Origin: a virus
Taxonomy: Duplodnaviria > Caudoviricetes
Length of the DNA stretch: 36,570 nucleotides
Reading direction: 5' to 3' (one strand)
Virus record (IMG/VR): IMGVR_UViG_3300030330_002695
Coordinates: 1-36,570 of that record
Under the pieces are notes generated by a model that saw only the letters and a program-made list of their open reading frames with translations, did not search any database and had not been told where the DNA came from. The position numbers were made by a program, and so were the translations under genes. Shown piece by piece: positions 13,891 to 24,390 of this stretch; position 1 is the stretch's first letter; every line of letters starts with the position of its first letter.

Positions 13891-14110
13891 AGAACTGATT
13901 AAAGTCGCTAAAGAACCGATTGTTGATTCTGACGATGATATATCAGCTGATAGATTAAAAAATGCCGCGGCTACTAAAAAATTAGCTATATTTGACGCAT
14001 TTGAAATACTTAACAGAATTCAAGAAGAAGAGAACTTGCTTGAGGGAAAAACACCTGAAGAGACAAAGAAAACGACTTTTAAAGGATTCGCAGAAGGCAG
14101 ATCTAAGTAA
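13835..14110 (+). CDS. putative terminase small subunit (91 aa; start revised)
   Basis: Helical protein coupled directly to terminase large subunit; positional inference. Confidence 0.5.
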   Translation: MNIKETKKNIIQAGQKAVEELIKVAKEPIVDSDDDISADRLKNAAATKKLAIFDAFEILNRIQEEENLLEGKTPEETKKTTFKGFAEGRSK

Positions 14111-16326
14111 TGTACGAGCAAAGTTTAGTTAAAGTAATAACACCCATTAAAAAAACTACGATAACAAGATTGAATCGTGGAAAAAAATGGAAATATGGAT
14201 ATAATAAAGAACATGATATTGTTGTTATATCTAAAACAGGTAAAATTGGAGAAATATATGAAATACAAAATCTTAAAATTGCTTTACCACCTGTGCCCGT
14301 GCAAGTACATAAATTGCAAGGGAATAAGTGGTCAAGAATAGAACAACCAAAAGAGTTATCTCGTCTTAAAAACATATTTGATTGGAGAAATTATCCAGAA
14401 GAATCAAAAGAACAATGGTTTGATTATATAGACGAAGAATTTAAACGTAGAGACGAAGGTTTTTGGTTTATGAATAATAATAAGCCAACTTATTTAACAG
14501 GTACACATTATATGTATCTTCAATGGAGCAAAATTGACGTTGGTGCTCCTGACTTTAGAGAAGCAAACAGATTATTTTATATATTCTGGGAAGCTTGTAA
14601 AGCTGATAAACGTTGTTATGGTATGTGTTACCTTAAAAACCGTCGTTCTGGTTTTTCTTTTATGTCAAGTGCAGAAACAGTTAATTTAGCCACTATATCA
14701 AGTGATAGTAGATATGGGATACTATCTAAAACAGGTGCAGATGCTAAAAAAATGTTTACTGACAAAGTAGTTCCAATAAGTATAAACTATCCATTCTTTT
14801 TTAAACCGATACAAGATGGTATGGATAGGCCAAAATCAGAATTAGCATATAGAGTACCAGCTAGTAAATTTACAAGAAAGAAAATGGCTGCTACTGATGG
14901 TTTAGAAGAAATTGAAGGATTAGACACAACTATAGATTGGAAAAATACTGGTGATAATAGTTACGATGGTGAAAAATTAGCTTTATTAGTACATGATGAA
15001 AGTGGTAAATGGGAGAGACCCGATAATATATTAAATAACTGGAGAGTTACAAAAACATGCTTACGATTAGGTAGTAGGATTATAGGTAAATGTATGATGG
15101 GCTCAACTTCAAACGCATTAGATAAAGGTGGAGAAAATTTTAAAAAACTATATAACGCATCCGATGTCACTAAAAGAAATAGAAATGGTCAGACGAAGTC
15201 TGGTCTCTACTCTTTGTTTATCCCAATGGAATGGAACTACGAAGGATTTATTGATGAGTTCGGATTTCCAGTATTTACTACTCCTGACGTCGACGTGCTC
15301 GCCCCGGATGGTGAATTAATAGATATAGGTATAATTGACCATTGGAATAATGAGGCTGATGGTTTAAAAGGAGATCAAGATGCTTTAAATGAATTTTATC
15401 GCCAGTTTCCAAGAACAACTGAGCACGCGTTTAGAGATGAAGCAAAAGGAAGTATATTTAATTTAGTTAAAATATACGAACAAATAGATTATAATGAAGA
15501 AATGTCTAGAACACTTGGTGTTTCTAGAGGTAATTTTCAATGGGTGGATGGAGTGAAAGATACTAGTGTTGTATTTTATCCAAATCCAAAAGGAAGATTT
15601 AATATAAGTTGGACACCATCTACAAATTTGCAAAATAAAATAATAGTAAAAAATGGAGTACGTTATCCCGGAAATGAACACATGGGAGCTTTTGGTTGTG
15701 ACTCTTATGATATATCAGGAACTGTTGATGGTAAAGGATCTAAAGGAGCACTACATGGACTTACTAAGTTTTCAATGGAAGATTCTCCGGCTAATTCTTT
15801 TTTCTTAGAATATTTAGCTAGGCCACAAACCGCTGAAATGTTTTTTGAGGATGTACTTATGGCAATAGTATTTTACGGTATGCCATTACTTGCGGAAAAC
15901 AACAAACCTAGATTATTATACTATTTAAGAAGAAGAGGGTATAGGGGGTTTAGTATGAATAGACCAGATAAAGTATGGAATAAATTATCTGTAGCAGAAA
16001 AAGAAGTTGGTGGTATACCAAATACTAGTGAAGATATTAAACAAGCTCACGCTGCTGCTATTGAAATGTACATACAAGATCACATAGGTGTGAAATCAGA
16101 TGGAACTTTTGGTGATATGTATTTTAACACAACATTAAATGATTGGTCTAGATTTGATATTACTAAAAGAACAAAATATGATGCTACAATAAGTAGTGGT
16201 TTAGCAATAATGGCTTGCAATAGACATTTGTATAGACCAAACGCTAAAATAGAAAAACCAAAATTAAATATACATATATCTAAATATAGAAATACTGGAG
16301 ATACATCTCAAATAATTAAAGAATAA
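14110..16326 (+). CDS. terL: terminase large subunit (738 aa)
   Basis: Walker A-like KNRRSGFS, Walker B LLVHDESGK, coupling motif GSTS, nuclease FGCDSYD; upstream of portal. Confidence 0.9.
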   Translation: MYEQSLVKVITPIKKTTITRLNRGKKWKYGYNKEHDIVVISKTGKIGEIYEIQNLKIALPPVPVQVHKLQGNKWSRIEQPKELSRLKNIFDWRNYPEESKEQWFDYIDEEFKRRDEGFWFMNNNKPTYLTGTHYMYLQWSKIDVGAPDFREANRLFYIFWEACKADKRCYGMCYLKNRRSGFSFMSSAETVNLATISSDSRYGILSKTGADAKKMFTDKVVPISINYPFFFKPIQDGMDRPKSELAYRVPASKFTRKKMAATDGLEEIEGLDTTIDWKNTGDNSYDGEKLALLVHDESGKWERPDNILNNWRVTKTCLRLGSRIIGKCMMGSTSNALDKGGENFKKLYNASDVTKRNRNGQTKSGLYSLFIPMEWNYEGFIDEFGFPVFTTPDVDVLAPDGELIDIGIIDHWNNEADGLKGDQDALNEFYRQFPRTTEHAFRDEAKGSIFNLVKIYEQIDYNEEMSRTLGVSRGNFQWVDGVKDTSVVFYPNPKGRFNISWTPSTNLQNKIIVKNGVRYPGNEHMGAFGCDSYDISGTVDGKGSKGALHGLTKFSMEDSPANSFFLEYLARPQTAEMFFEDVLMAIVFYGMPLLAENNKPRLLYYLRRRGYRGFSMNRPDKVWNKLSVAEKEVGGIPNTSEDIKQAHAAAIEMYIQDHIGVKSDGTFGDMYFNTTLNDWSRFDITKRTKYDATISSGLAIMACNRHLYRPNAKIEKPKLNIHISKYRNTGDTSQIIKE

Positions 16327-16328
16327 AT

Positions 16329-18749
16329 ATGGCGACAAATGTTGTAAAAAGTTATTTTCCTAGTCAAGTTGTTAGTGATCTTGAAAAAATGAGCACTGAA
16401 TACGGCTTAAAAGTTGCTAAAGCTATAGAGCAAGAGTGGTTTAATAGTGATAGAAACAATAACAAATATATAAGCAATTTAAATAATTTTCATAAACTAA
16501 GATTATACGCTAGAGGCGAACAATCTATACAAAAATATAAGGATGAGTTATCTATAAATGGTGATTTGTCCTATTTAAATTTAGATTGGAAACCAGTGCC
16601 AATCATTCCTAAGTTTGTAGATATAGTTGTAAATGGTATGGCTGAAAGAGTTTACGATATAAAAGCTTATTCTCAAGATCCGTATGGTGTTAGTAAAAGA
16701 ACTAAATACATGGAAGATATATTGTCTGACATGCGTACAAAAGAAATGAGAGCTTTTGTTTCTGAAAACTTTGGAATAGATACTAGTAAAACTGAAGATG
16801 ATGAAAAACTTCCTGACTCACAAGAAGAGTTAGAGTTACATATGCAACTTAATTATAAACAAGCTGTTGAAATAGCGCAAGAGCAAGCTTTAAATGTTTT
16901 ATTTGAAGGAAACAAATATGAGTTAACTAGAAAAAGATTTTTTTATGACTTAACAGTTTGTGGTATTGGTGCTGTTAAAACTTCTTTTAATACTTCAGAA
17001 GGTGTTATTATAGACTATGTTGATCCAGCTAATCTTGTGTATTCACACACTGATTCTCCATATTTTGATGATATATATTATGTAGGTGAAGTTAAAGATA
17101 TACCTGTAAATGAATTAGCAAAACAATTTCCACAGTTATTACATGAAGATTTAGAAGAAATAGTAAAAAATAATCATCCTACTTCTAGAAATTATGGAAA
17201 TGATAGAACTAAAGATGATAATAATACGGTTAGAGTTTTATATTTTAATTATAAAACTTATATGAATGAAGTTTATAAAACAAAAACTCTAGCTAGTGGT
17301 GCTGCTAAAATAATACCGAAAGATGATTCTTTTAATCCACCACAAGAAATGTCAGTAGAAGCTGAATTTGGTAAATTAATAAGATCAATAGAAACTTTAT
17401 ACGAAGGAGTTTATATAATGGGTGCTAATAAATTGCTTAAATGGGAGATGGCTAAGAATATGATGCGTCCTAAAAGCGATTATACTAAAGTTAAAATGAA
17501 TTATGCTATTTGTGCACCTAGAATGTATGAGGGTAGAATAGAATCTTTAGTAAAACGTATAACAGGTTTTGCTGATATGATTCAGTTAACTCATTTGAAA
17601 CTTCAACAAGTATTGTCAAGAATGGTTCCAGATGGAGTTTATTTAGATGCTGACGGTTTAGCTGAAGTTGATCTAGGTAATGGGACAAATTATAATCCAC
17701 AAGAAGCCTTAAACATGTTCTTCCAAACAGGTAGTGTTATAGGTAGATCATTTACTAGTGAAGGTGATATGAATCCAGGTAAAGTACCTATTCAAGAAAT
17801 ACAATCTGGAAATGGTGGTGGTAAAATGCAAAGTTTAATTCAAACTTATAACTATTATCTACAAATGATAAGAGATGTGACTGGATTAAATGAAGCTAGA
17901 GATGCTGCAACCCCAGATCCTAAAGCTTTAGTTGGTGTTCAAAAAATGGCTGCAGCAAATTCCAATACAGCTACAAGACATATATTACAAGCAGGATTAT
18001 ACTTAACGGCAGAAACAGCTGAATGTTTATCACTTAGAATATCTGATATTATAGAATACTCACCAACAAGAGATGCTTTTATTCAATCTATAGGAGCGCA
18101 CAACGTTGCCACTTTGGAAGAATTATCTAGTTTACATTTATATGATTTTGGTATATTTTTAGAACTAGCTCCAGATGAAGAAGAAAAAGCTATGCTTGAA
18201 AATAATATACAAGGTGCTTTAGCACAACAAAGTATAGAGTTAGAAGATGCTATTGACTTAAGAGCGATTAAAAATATTAAATTAGCTAATCAATTATTAA
18301 AAATACGAAGAAAAAAGAAGCAAGAAAAAGATCAGCAAATGCAACAAGAAAATATGCAAGCACAAGCCGCGGCTAATGCCCAAGCTCAACAAGCTGCTGC
18401 TCAAGCTGAAATAATGAAAAACCAAGCTAATGCTCAAACAACAATACAAGTTGAAACAGCTAAAAACGAATTAGAGCAACAAACTAACAAACAAGAATTT
18501 GAACTTAAAAAAGCTTTAATGGATCATGAGTTTCAATTAAACCTGCAATTAAAACAAATGGATATTGATTCTATCGATAAAAAAGAAAAAATAAAAGAAG
18601 ATCGTAAAGACGAAAGAACAAGAATACAAGCTACACAACAAAGCGAACTAATAGAACAAAGAAAAACAGGTCGACCTCCTAGAAATTTTGAATCAGTGGG
18701 GAACGATGTGCTAGACGGAGAATTTGGTATGGATCCGTTTAATTTATAA
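16329..18749 (+). CDS. portal protein with long C-terminal Q/A-rich coiled coil (806 aa)
   Basis: Position after terL; PIIPKFVDIVV and IRDVTGLNEARD patterns. Confidence 0.85.
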   Translation: MATNVVKSYFPSQVVSDLEKMSTEYGLKVAKAIEQEWFNSDRNNNKYISNLNNFHKLRLYARGEQSIQKYKDELSINGDLSYLNLDWKPVPIIPKFVDIVVNGMAERVYDIKAYSQDPYGVSKRTKYMEDILSDMRTKEMRAFVSENFGIDTSKTEDDEKLPDSQEELELHMQLNYKQAVEIAQEQALNVLFEGNKYELTRKRFFYDLTVCGIGAVKTSFNTSEGVIIDYVDPANLVYSHTDSPYFDDIYYVGEVKDIPVNELAKQFPQLLHEDLEEIVKNNHPTSRNYGNDRTKDDNNTVRVLYFNYKTYMNEVYKTKTLASGAAKIIPKDDSFNPPQEMSVEAEFGKLIRSIETLYEGVYIMGANKLLKWEMAKNMMRPKSDYTKVKMNYAICAPRMYEGRIESLVKRITGFADMIQLTHLKLQQVLSRMVPDGVYLDADGLAEVDLGNGTNYNPQEALNMFFQTGSVIGRSFTSEGDMNPGKVPIQEIQSGNGGGKMQSLIQTYNYYLQMIRDVTGLNEARDAATPDPKALVGVQKMAAANSNTATRHILQAGLYLTAETAECLSLRISDIIEYSPTRDAFIQSIGAHNVATLEELSSLHLYDFGIFLELAPDEEEKAMLENNIQGALAQQSIELEDAIDLRAIKNIKLANQLLKIRRKKKQEKDQQMQQENMQAQAAANAQAQQAAAQAEIMKNQANAQTTIQVETAKNELEQQTNKQEFELKKALMDHEFQLNLQLKQMDIDSIDKKEKIKEDRKDERTRIQATQQSELIEQRKTGRPPRNFESVGNDVLDGEFGMDPFNL

Positions 18750-18775
18750 ATTATTAATTATTATTATATTATATT

Positions 18776-19990
18776 ATGGAAGAAAACAATGAAAACGTAA
18801 TTGAAGAAATTACACAACAAACAAATCAAGGGGATCCAGGTGATGAACACGTGGAAAAAATTGATAAAAGTAAATTTAACAGCGCGGATGACGAAAGCGT
18901 TGCGAAAATAGATTTAAGTAAACCACCAACACCAAAAGAAGAAATAAATGAAACTAAAGAAGATAACGCTGACGACAGCGGAGTGGTTGCAGAGTCTGAA
19001 AATGCCGAGCCCACACAAAAACAAGAAGAAGTACAACCGGAAGCAGAAACACAAGAAGCTCCAGTTGTAGAAGAAATTACAGCGGAAGAACAACGAGAAG
19101 TAGAAGAAACAACTGAAGTTGTTGAAGAAGCTATTGCTGAATCACAAGCTACAGGAAAACCTTTACCTGAAAATATCCAAAAATTAATGGATTTTATGGA
19201 TGACACGGGTGGTAGTTTAGATGATTATGTTAGACTAAATAAAGATTTTAGTAAATATAGTCCGGTAGATTTAGTAAGAGAATATTATTCTCAAACAAAA
19301 CCTCATTTAACATCAGAAGAAGTAGCGTTTATGATGAATGATCAATTTGGTTACGATAAAGACGTTGATGAGGAAAATGAGATAAAAAGAAAACAGTTAG
19401 CTATGAAGGAGCAGGTTGCTCAAGCAAAAAGCTATTTGGAAGGACGAAAGTCCAAATATTATCGAGATCTTAAAGCTGGTGTTAAGTTAACTCCAGATCA
19501 GCAGAAGGCCATAGATTTCTTTAATAGGTACAACAAGGAAACTCAACAAGCGCAAAAGCAAGAAGAGATATTTTTAAATAATTATCATCAAAAAACCGAG
19601 CAGGTTTTTAATGACAAATTCAAAGGTTTTGAATATAATGTAGGTGATAAAAGATTTAGATTTAATATTAATAACGCTGAAGAAGTTAGAAACGCTCATG
19701 ATGACGTGGATAATTTTATTCAAAGTTTTGTGAATAAAAAAACAGGTACGTTAGAAAACGCTCAAGGTTATCATAAAGCTTTATATACAGCTATGAATGC
19801 TGATGCTATTGCACAACACTTTTACGAGCAAGGTAGAGCAGATGCTATGAAAAATAGTATTGCAAAATCGAAGAACATCGATATGAATCCTCGACAACAA
19901 CATGGAGAGGCTAAAACCGGTGGTCCGCAAGTTAGAGTTTTAGGTGATAATGTTGCTAGTTTCAAAATTAAAAACAAATTTAAAAAATAA
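18776..19990 (+). CDS. putative capsid scaffolding protein (404 aa)
   Basis: Highly acidic disordered N-terminus, helical C-terminus; between portal and capsid genes. Confidence 0.7.
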   Translation: MEENNENVIEEITQQTNQGDPGDEHVEKIDKSKFNSADDESVAKIDLSKPPTPKEEINETKEDNADDSGVVAESENAEPTQKQEEVQPEAETQEAPVVEEITAEEQREVEETTEVVEEAIAESQATGKPLPENIQKLMDFMDDTGGSLDDYVRLNKDFSKYSPVDLVREYYSQTKPHLTSEEVAFMMNDQFGYDKDVDEENEIKRKQLAMKEQVAQAKSYLEGRKSKYYRDLKAGVKLTPDQQKAIDFFNRYNKETQQAQKQEEIFLNNYHQKTEQVFNDKFKGFEYNVGDKRFRFNINNAEEVRNAHDDVDNFIQSFVNKKTGTLENAQGYHKALYTAMNADAIAQHFYEQGRADAMKNSIAKSKNIDMNPRQQHGEAKTGGPQVRVLGDNVASFKIKNKFKK

Positions 19991-20010
19991 CAATTTAAAA
20001 TTACAAAATT

Positions 20011-21483
20011 ATGGCAATTACACCCGGATCTCAGACGAGAGGGGCTTCAATACAAGCTACTACTTCTGAGAATTATTTAGACATCCAAAATACTGGATGG
20101 GCGGCACAATATCTTCCAGATCTAATGGAAAAAGAAGCTGAGGTTTTTGGTAAAAGAACAATCTCAGGTTTTTTAGCACAAGTTGGAGCTGAAGAAGCTA
20201 TGGCTGCAGACCAAGTTATTTGGTCAGAACAAGGTAGATTACATCTATCTTATAAAGGTACTATAGGTACTGCGAACATTAGTACTATTGAAATCGATAC
20301 TGATATTGATGGTATTGACGCTTCAACTACTCATGGTATTAGAGTTGGAGACACTGTTTTAGTAGCTTCACCAACGTTAACTGCAAAATGTTATGTTTCT
20401 GTAGTTGATGCTGATAACGCTTCTACTGCAACATCTTCAGGAGGTGCAACAGCTTTTATTACTGTTAAACCTTACGGCGCGGAGCACTTAGATAATGTTG
20501 GTTTTGGTGATTCAGATAACTTAACTATTATGGTTTATGGTTCTGAATATGCTAAAGCTACCTCTTACAATACTATGACTAATAGAGATGGTGCTAATAA
20601 ACCACAGTTCACTACGTTTACTAACAAACCAATTATCATGAAAGATAAATATCAAATTTCAGGATCTGATGTTTCTCAAATAGGTTGGGTTGAAGTATCT
20701 GGTGAAGATGGTCAAAATGGTTACTACTGGTATTTAAAAGCTGAAGGTGATACTAGATCACGTTTTGCTGATTATTGCGAGATGGCTCTTATTGAGGCTG
20801 AAAAAGTACATGGTGATTCTCTTATAGCTTTACCAACTGATGGTGGTGCTGGAACTGCTGGTACTGAAGGTTTATTTTCAGCTATTGAATCAAGAGGTCA
20901 CCAAAGTTCTGGTGTTACTGGTGTTAACGCTGCTACTGATTTAGCTGAATTTGACGCTATCTTAGCTGAGTTTGATAAAAATGGTGCTATTGAAGAAAAT
21001 ATGATGTTCGTTAATAGAGCAACTGCTCTTGCGATGGATGATATGCTAGCTTCAATGAACTCTTACGGAGCTGGTGGTACTTCTTATGGAGTATTTGACA
21101 ACTCTGAAGACATGGCACTTAATTTAGGTTTCTCTGGATTCCGTAGAGGTTCTTATGATTTCTATAAAACTGATTGGAAATATCTAAACGATATGGCTAC
21201 AAGAGGTGGTATTAACGATAGAAATACTGTTGGAGCTGTACGTGGGGTTATTATTCCAGCTGGTACTACATCTGTTTATGATGAAAACATGGGTAAAAAC
21301 ATGAAGAGACCTTTCTTACATACTCGTTATAGAGCTTCTAATACTGAGTCAAGAAAAATGAAGACTTGGATTACTGGTTCTGTTGGTGCTGTAACATCTG
21401 ATTTAGATGCTATGACTGTAAACTTCTTAACTGAAAGATGTTTAGTAGTTCAAGGTGCTAATAACTTTATGTTAATGAACTAA
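20011..21483 (+). CDS. major capsid protein (490 aa)
   Basis: Position, size, G/A/T-rich composition, followed by terminator. Confidence 0.85.
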   Translation: MAITPGSQTRGASIQATTSENYLDIQNTGWAAQYLPDLMEKEAEVFGKRTISGFLAQVGAEEAMAADQVIWSEQGRLHLSYKGTIGTANISTIEIDTDIDGIDASTTHGIRVGDTVLVASPTLTAKCYVSVVDADNASTATSSGGATAFITVKPYGAEHLDNVGFGDSDNLTIMVYGSEYAKATSYNTMTNRDGANKPQFTTFTNKPIIMKDKYQISGSDVSQIGWVEVSGEDGQNGYYWYLKAEGDTRSRFADYCEMALIEAEKVHGDSLIALPTDGGAGTAGTEGLFSAIESRGHQSSGVTGVNAATDLAEFDAILAEFDKNGAIEENMMFVNRATALAMDDMLASMNSYGAGGTSYGVFDNSEDMALNLGFSGFRRGSYDFYKTDWKYLNDMATRGGINDRNTVGAVRGVIIPAGTTSVYDENMGKNMKRPFLHTRYRASNTESRKMKTWITGSVGAVTSDLDAMTVNFLTERCLVVQGANNFMLMN

Positions 21484-21497
21484 ACTATTTTTAAAAG

Positions 21498-21545
21498 GAG
21501 AGGGCGGCATGCATGTAAACGCTCTCTGCCCTCTCTTTTTATTTT
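21498..21545 (+). terminator. intrinsic terminator after major capsid gene
   Basis: GAGAGGGCGG/CTGCCCTCTC stem, 18-nt loop, followed by TTTTTATTTT. Confidence 0.75.
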
Positions 21546-21569
21546 ATTAATTTTATTATATATTATATT

Positions 21570-22331
21570 ATGGAAAATGAAAACATGGAGACTCAAGCTC
21601 CTGTAGAAAATACTTGGGAAATAAAAGATAGAGTTTATCATTTAAAAGGTAAAACTCCATTATCAAAATCTTTAAAAAGTAGTGGTATATATTGGTTTGA
21701 TGAAGAAAAAGGTTATGAAAGAGAGTTGAAGTACACTAAAAATCAAACAACATGTTTTGTTGATGAAATGAAAGGTGACCAAAGACTTGAGCATATTATT
21801 TTTAGAAATGGAACTATTGCGGTACCTAAAAATAAAGTTGTATTACAAAAGCTATTATCTTTATATCATCCGATGAAAGACATTGTTTATGAAGAGCATA
21901 AACCATCTGTGATTGCAGAAAGTGAGGTAAGTGTAATAGAACTTGAAATAGAAGCTTTAAACGCTGCTATGAATTTAGATATTGATATGGCTGAAGCTAT
22001 TATGCGTGTAGAAAAAGGTTCTAAAGTGACAGAGATGAGTTCTAAGGAGCTTAAACGTGATTTACTAGTATATGCTAAGAGAAATCCTAAATTATTCTTA
22101 GAATTAGCTAAAGATGAAAATGTTTTACTTAGAAATTTTGGTATTAGAGCCACTGAATTAGGTATAATTAGATTATCTCAAGACCAAAGAACATTTGTTT
22201 GGGGATCTAATGATAGAAAACTAATGAATGTTCCTTATGATGAGCATCCATATTCAGCTTTAGCCGCTTGGTTTAAAACTGATGAAGGAATGGAAATCTA
22301 TTCAAACATAGAAAAACGATTAAATAAATAA
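21570..22331 (+). CDS. hypothetical morphogenesis-module protein (253 aa)
   Basis: ORF track; position after capsid gene. Confidence 0.75.
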   Translation: MENENMETQAPVENTWEIKDRVYHLKGKTPLSKSLKSSGIYWFDEEKGYERELKYTKNQTTCFVDEMKGDQRLEHIIFRNGTIAVPKNKVVLQKLLSLYHPMKDIVYEEHKPSVIAESEVSVIELEIEALNAAMNLDIDMAEAIMRVEKGSKVTEMSSKELKRDLLVYAKRNPKLFLELAKDENVLLRNFGIRATELGIIRLSQDQRTFVWGSNDRKLMNVPYDEHPYSALAAWFKTDEGMEIYSNIEKRLNK

Positions 22332-22337
22332 TCAAAC

Positions 22338-22376
22338 TGTAGAAGCGGTCGCTCTACGGAGCGATCGCAAACTACA
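22338..22376 (+). other. stable hairpin with cUACGg tetraloop, no U-tract
   Basis: TGTAG-aa-GCGGTCGCTC-TACG-GAGCGATCGC-aaa-CTACA. Confidence 0.7.
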
Positions 22377-22391
22377 AATTAAAAAGACATT

Positions 22392-23432
22392 ATGGCAGTA
22401 AATATAGATACAGTATATCAAAAAGTATTAGCTATGGCTAATAAAGAGCAGAGAGGGTATATTACACCCCAAGAATTTAATTTATATGCCGACCAAGCTC
22501 AAATGGATATTTTTGAGCGTTACTTTCACGATATAAGACAAGCTGAAACCAGATCATCTGGTAGTACAGAGTTTTCTGATTCCTTAGATATACTAGAAGA
22601 AAAACTTAGTATTTTTCAAGTTAATGATGAATATATATATCCAACTAATACAAAAGGAATGGTAACTTTACCAACAGATTTGTATAGATTAGGTGAAGTA
22701 ACTTTTGTAAGGACTGACGATGAAAGTAATGATTTTCAATACTTAGAAATAGAAGTTGAAGAAATTAAGAAAAAAGATATAGGTCCAATGCTTCACTCTA
22801 TACATACAAGACCTACATTAAGACGTCCAGTGTATGTTCGATTAAATAACTCAACTATACAAGTATATCCACATATTAGACATGGAAATGATAGTGAAAC
22901 TTGGGATGAATCTATACATAATAGACTTGGTCCAGCGTTATATTTTACTGTTGGTGGTAATGTTACAACAACAAGTGGATCTACAGATGTTGTTTTTACA
23001 AATAGTGGTGATCTTAGTAAAATAACTTTATACTCTAATATATCTGGTAAAGCGGCTAAAATAATACATCCTGATATACCCGCTAATACTTTTGTAACTA
23101 AACCAGTTCCTAAAACTAGTACAACCAAAACAATTACTATCGATACTGCGGCATCAGCAGGTAGTAGTGATAAAGATGCATACTTTGCTTTGTCAAACAC
23201 GCGATGTAATTATATTAAAAAACCAACAACACCTAATTGGGGTTATACGGAAATAAATGGAACAGCATTATATAATAGTGGTATTTCTACAGATTTTGAA
23301 TTACACGCATCTGAAGAATCAACTTTAGTTTCTAGGGTATTACAATTAGCAGGTATAACTTTAAAAGATAATAATTTATTACAAATAGGGGGAGCAGAAG
23401 AAGCTAAGTTAATACAAACACAAAAACAATAA
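22392..23432 (+). CDS. putative head-tail adaptor/tail ring protein with T/S-rich insertion (346 aa)
   Basis: NKEQRGYITPQEFN N-terminus, YIKKPTTPNW and FELH C-terminus; position. Confidence 0.6.
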   Translation: MAVNIDTVYQKVLAMANKEQRGYITPQEFNLYADQAQMDIFERYFHDIRQAETRSSGSTEFSDSLDILEEKLSIFQVNDEYIYPTNTKGMVTLPTDLYRLGEVTFVRTDDESNDFQYLEIEVEEIKKKDIGPMLHSIHTRPTLRRPVYVRLNNSTIQVYPHIRHGNDSETWDESIHNRLGPALYFTVGGNVTTTSGSTDVVFTNSGDLSKITLYSNISGKAAKIIHPDIPANTFVTKPVPKTSTTKTITIDTAASAGSSDKDAYFALSNTRCNYIKKPTTPNWGYTEINGTALYNSGISTDFELHASEESTLVSRVLQLAGITLKDNNLLQIGGAEEAKLIQTQKQ

Positions 23433-23435
23433 AAT

Positions 23436-24386
23436 ATGTCAAAAATAAGAGGATTATCAGATAACGAGTGGCACGGCACAACACAAGCTAACTGGGTTAG
23501 ACATCATAACAGTATATATAATTATAGTTTTTTATCGTTAGATGATATAATAAATCAATTTATTGTTGTTTATGTTGGTGATGATAAAATAATACCAAAA
23601 GCAAGAAGAGTAGATATAGCTTTTCACGCTCAAAGAGCTTTACAAGAATTAAGTTATGATACTTTAAAATCAATACTATCTCAAGAAATAATCGTACCAG
23701 CTTCTTTAAAAATGGAACTACCGCACAACTATATTAACTACGTAAAATTAACATGGTCAGACGCTAGTGGTATAGAGCACGTTATTTTACCTGCAATTAA
23801 AACATCAAACCCTATAAAAGTAGATCAAGATCCAGATGACTTAGAAACGTACAATTATACAAGTGGAAGTCAAGTTAAAACATCTATTAATAGTCCTAAC
23901 GATATAGCAAGTTCAACAACTTGGGAAAACTATAAGTCAGCAACGCCTTCAGAAAATCAAGAAAACGATTACAATTATGATGATGATACTTTTGATCTAA
24001 ATACAGGGCAACGTTATGGTATTGATCCTAGACACGCTCAAGTTAATGGTTCATTTTATATTGATGAAGCTGAAGGAAATATTCACTTTAGCTCTAATAT
24101 TTCAGGAAAAACTGTGATATTAAAATACATAAGTGATGGTTTATATCGACAACATGGTCATGATTTAAAAGTTAATGTACATAAATTTGCTGAAGAAGCT
24201 ATGTACAAACAAATGCTTTATGCAGTTTTATCTGGTTCAGCATTACCAATACACCAACAATTAGTACCAAGATTTAAAAAAGAAGCTTTTGCAGCTAAAA
24301 GAAATGCTAAACTTAGACTTTCAAATATAAAGATAGAAGAGATTGCTCAAGTTATGAGAGGTAAATCTAAAATATTAAAACACTAA
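23436..24386 (+). CDS. putative tail ring/structural protein (316 aa)
   Basis: LPHNYINYVKL, LKYISDG patterns; position. Confidence 0.6.
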   Translation: MSKIRGLSDNEWHGTTQANWVRHHNSIYNYSFLSLDDIINQFIVVYVGDDKIIPKARRVDIAFHAQRALQELSYDTLKSILSQEIIVPASLKMELPHNYINYVKLTWSDASGIEHVILPAIKTSNPIKVDQDPDDLETYNYTSGSQVKTSINSPNDIASSTTWENYKSATPSENQENDYNYDDDTFDLNTGQRYGIDPRHAQVNGSFYIDEAEGNIHFSSNISGKTVILKYISDGLYRQHGHDLKVNVHKFAEEAMYKQMLYAVLSGSALPIHQQLVPRFKKEAFAAKRNAKLRLSNIKIEEIAQVMRGKSKILKH

Positions 24387-24390
24387 TTAA

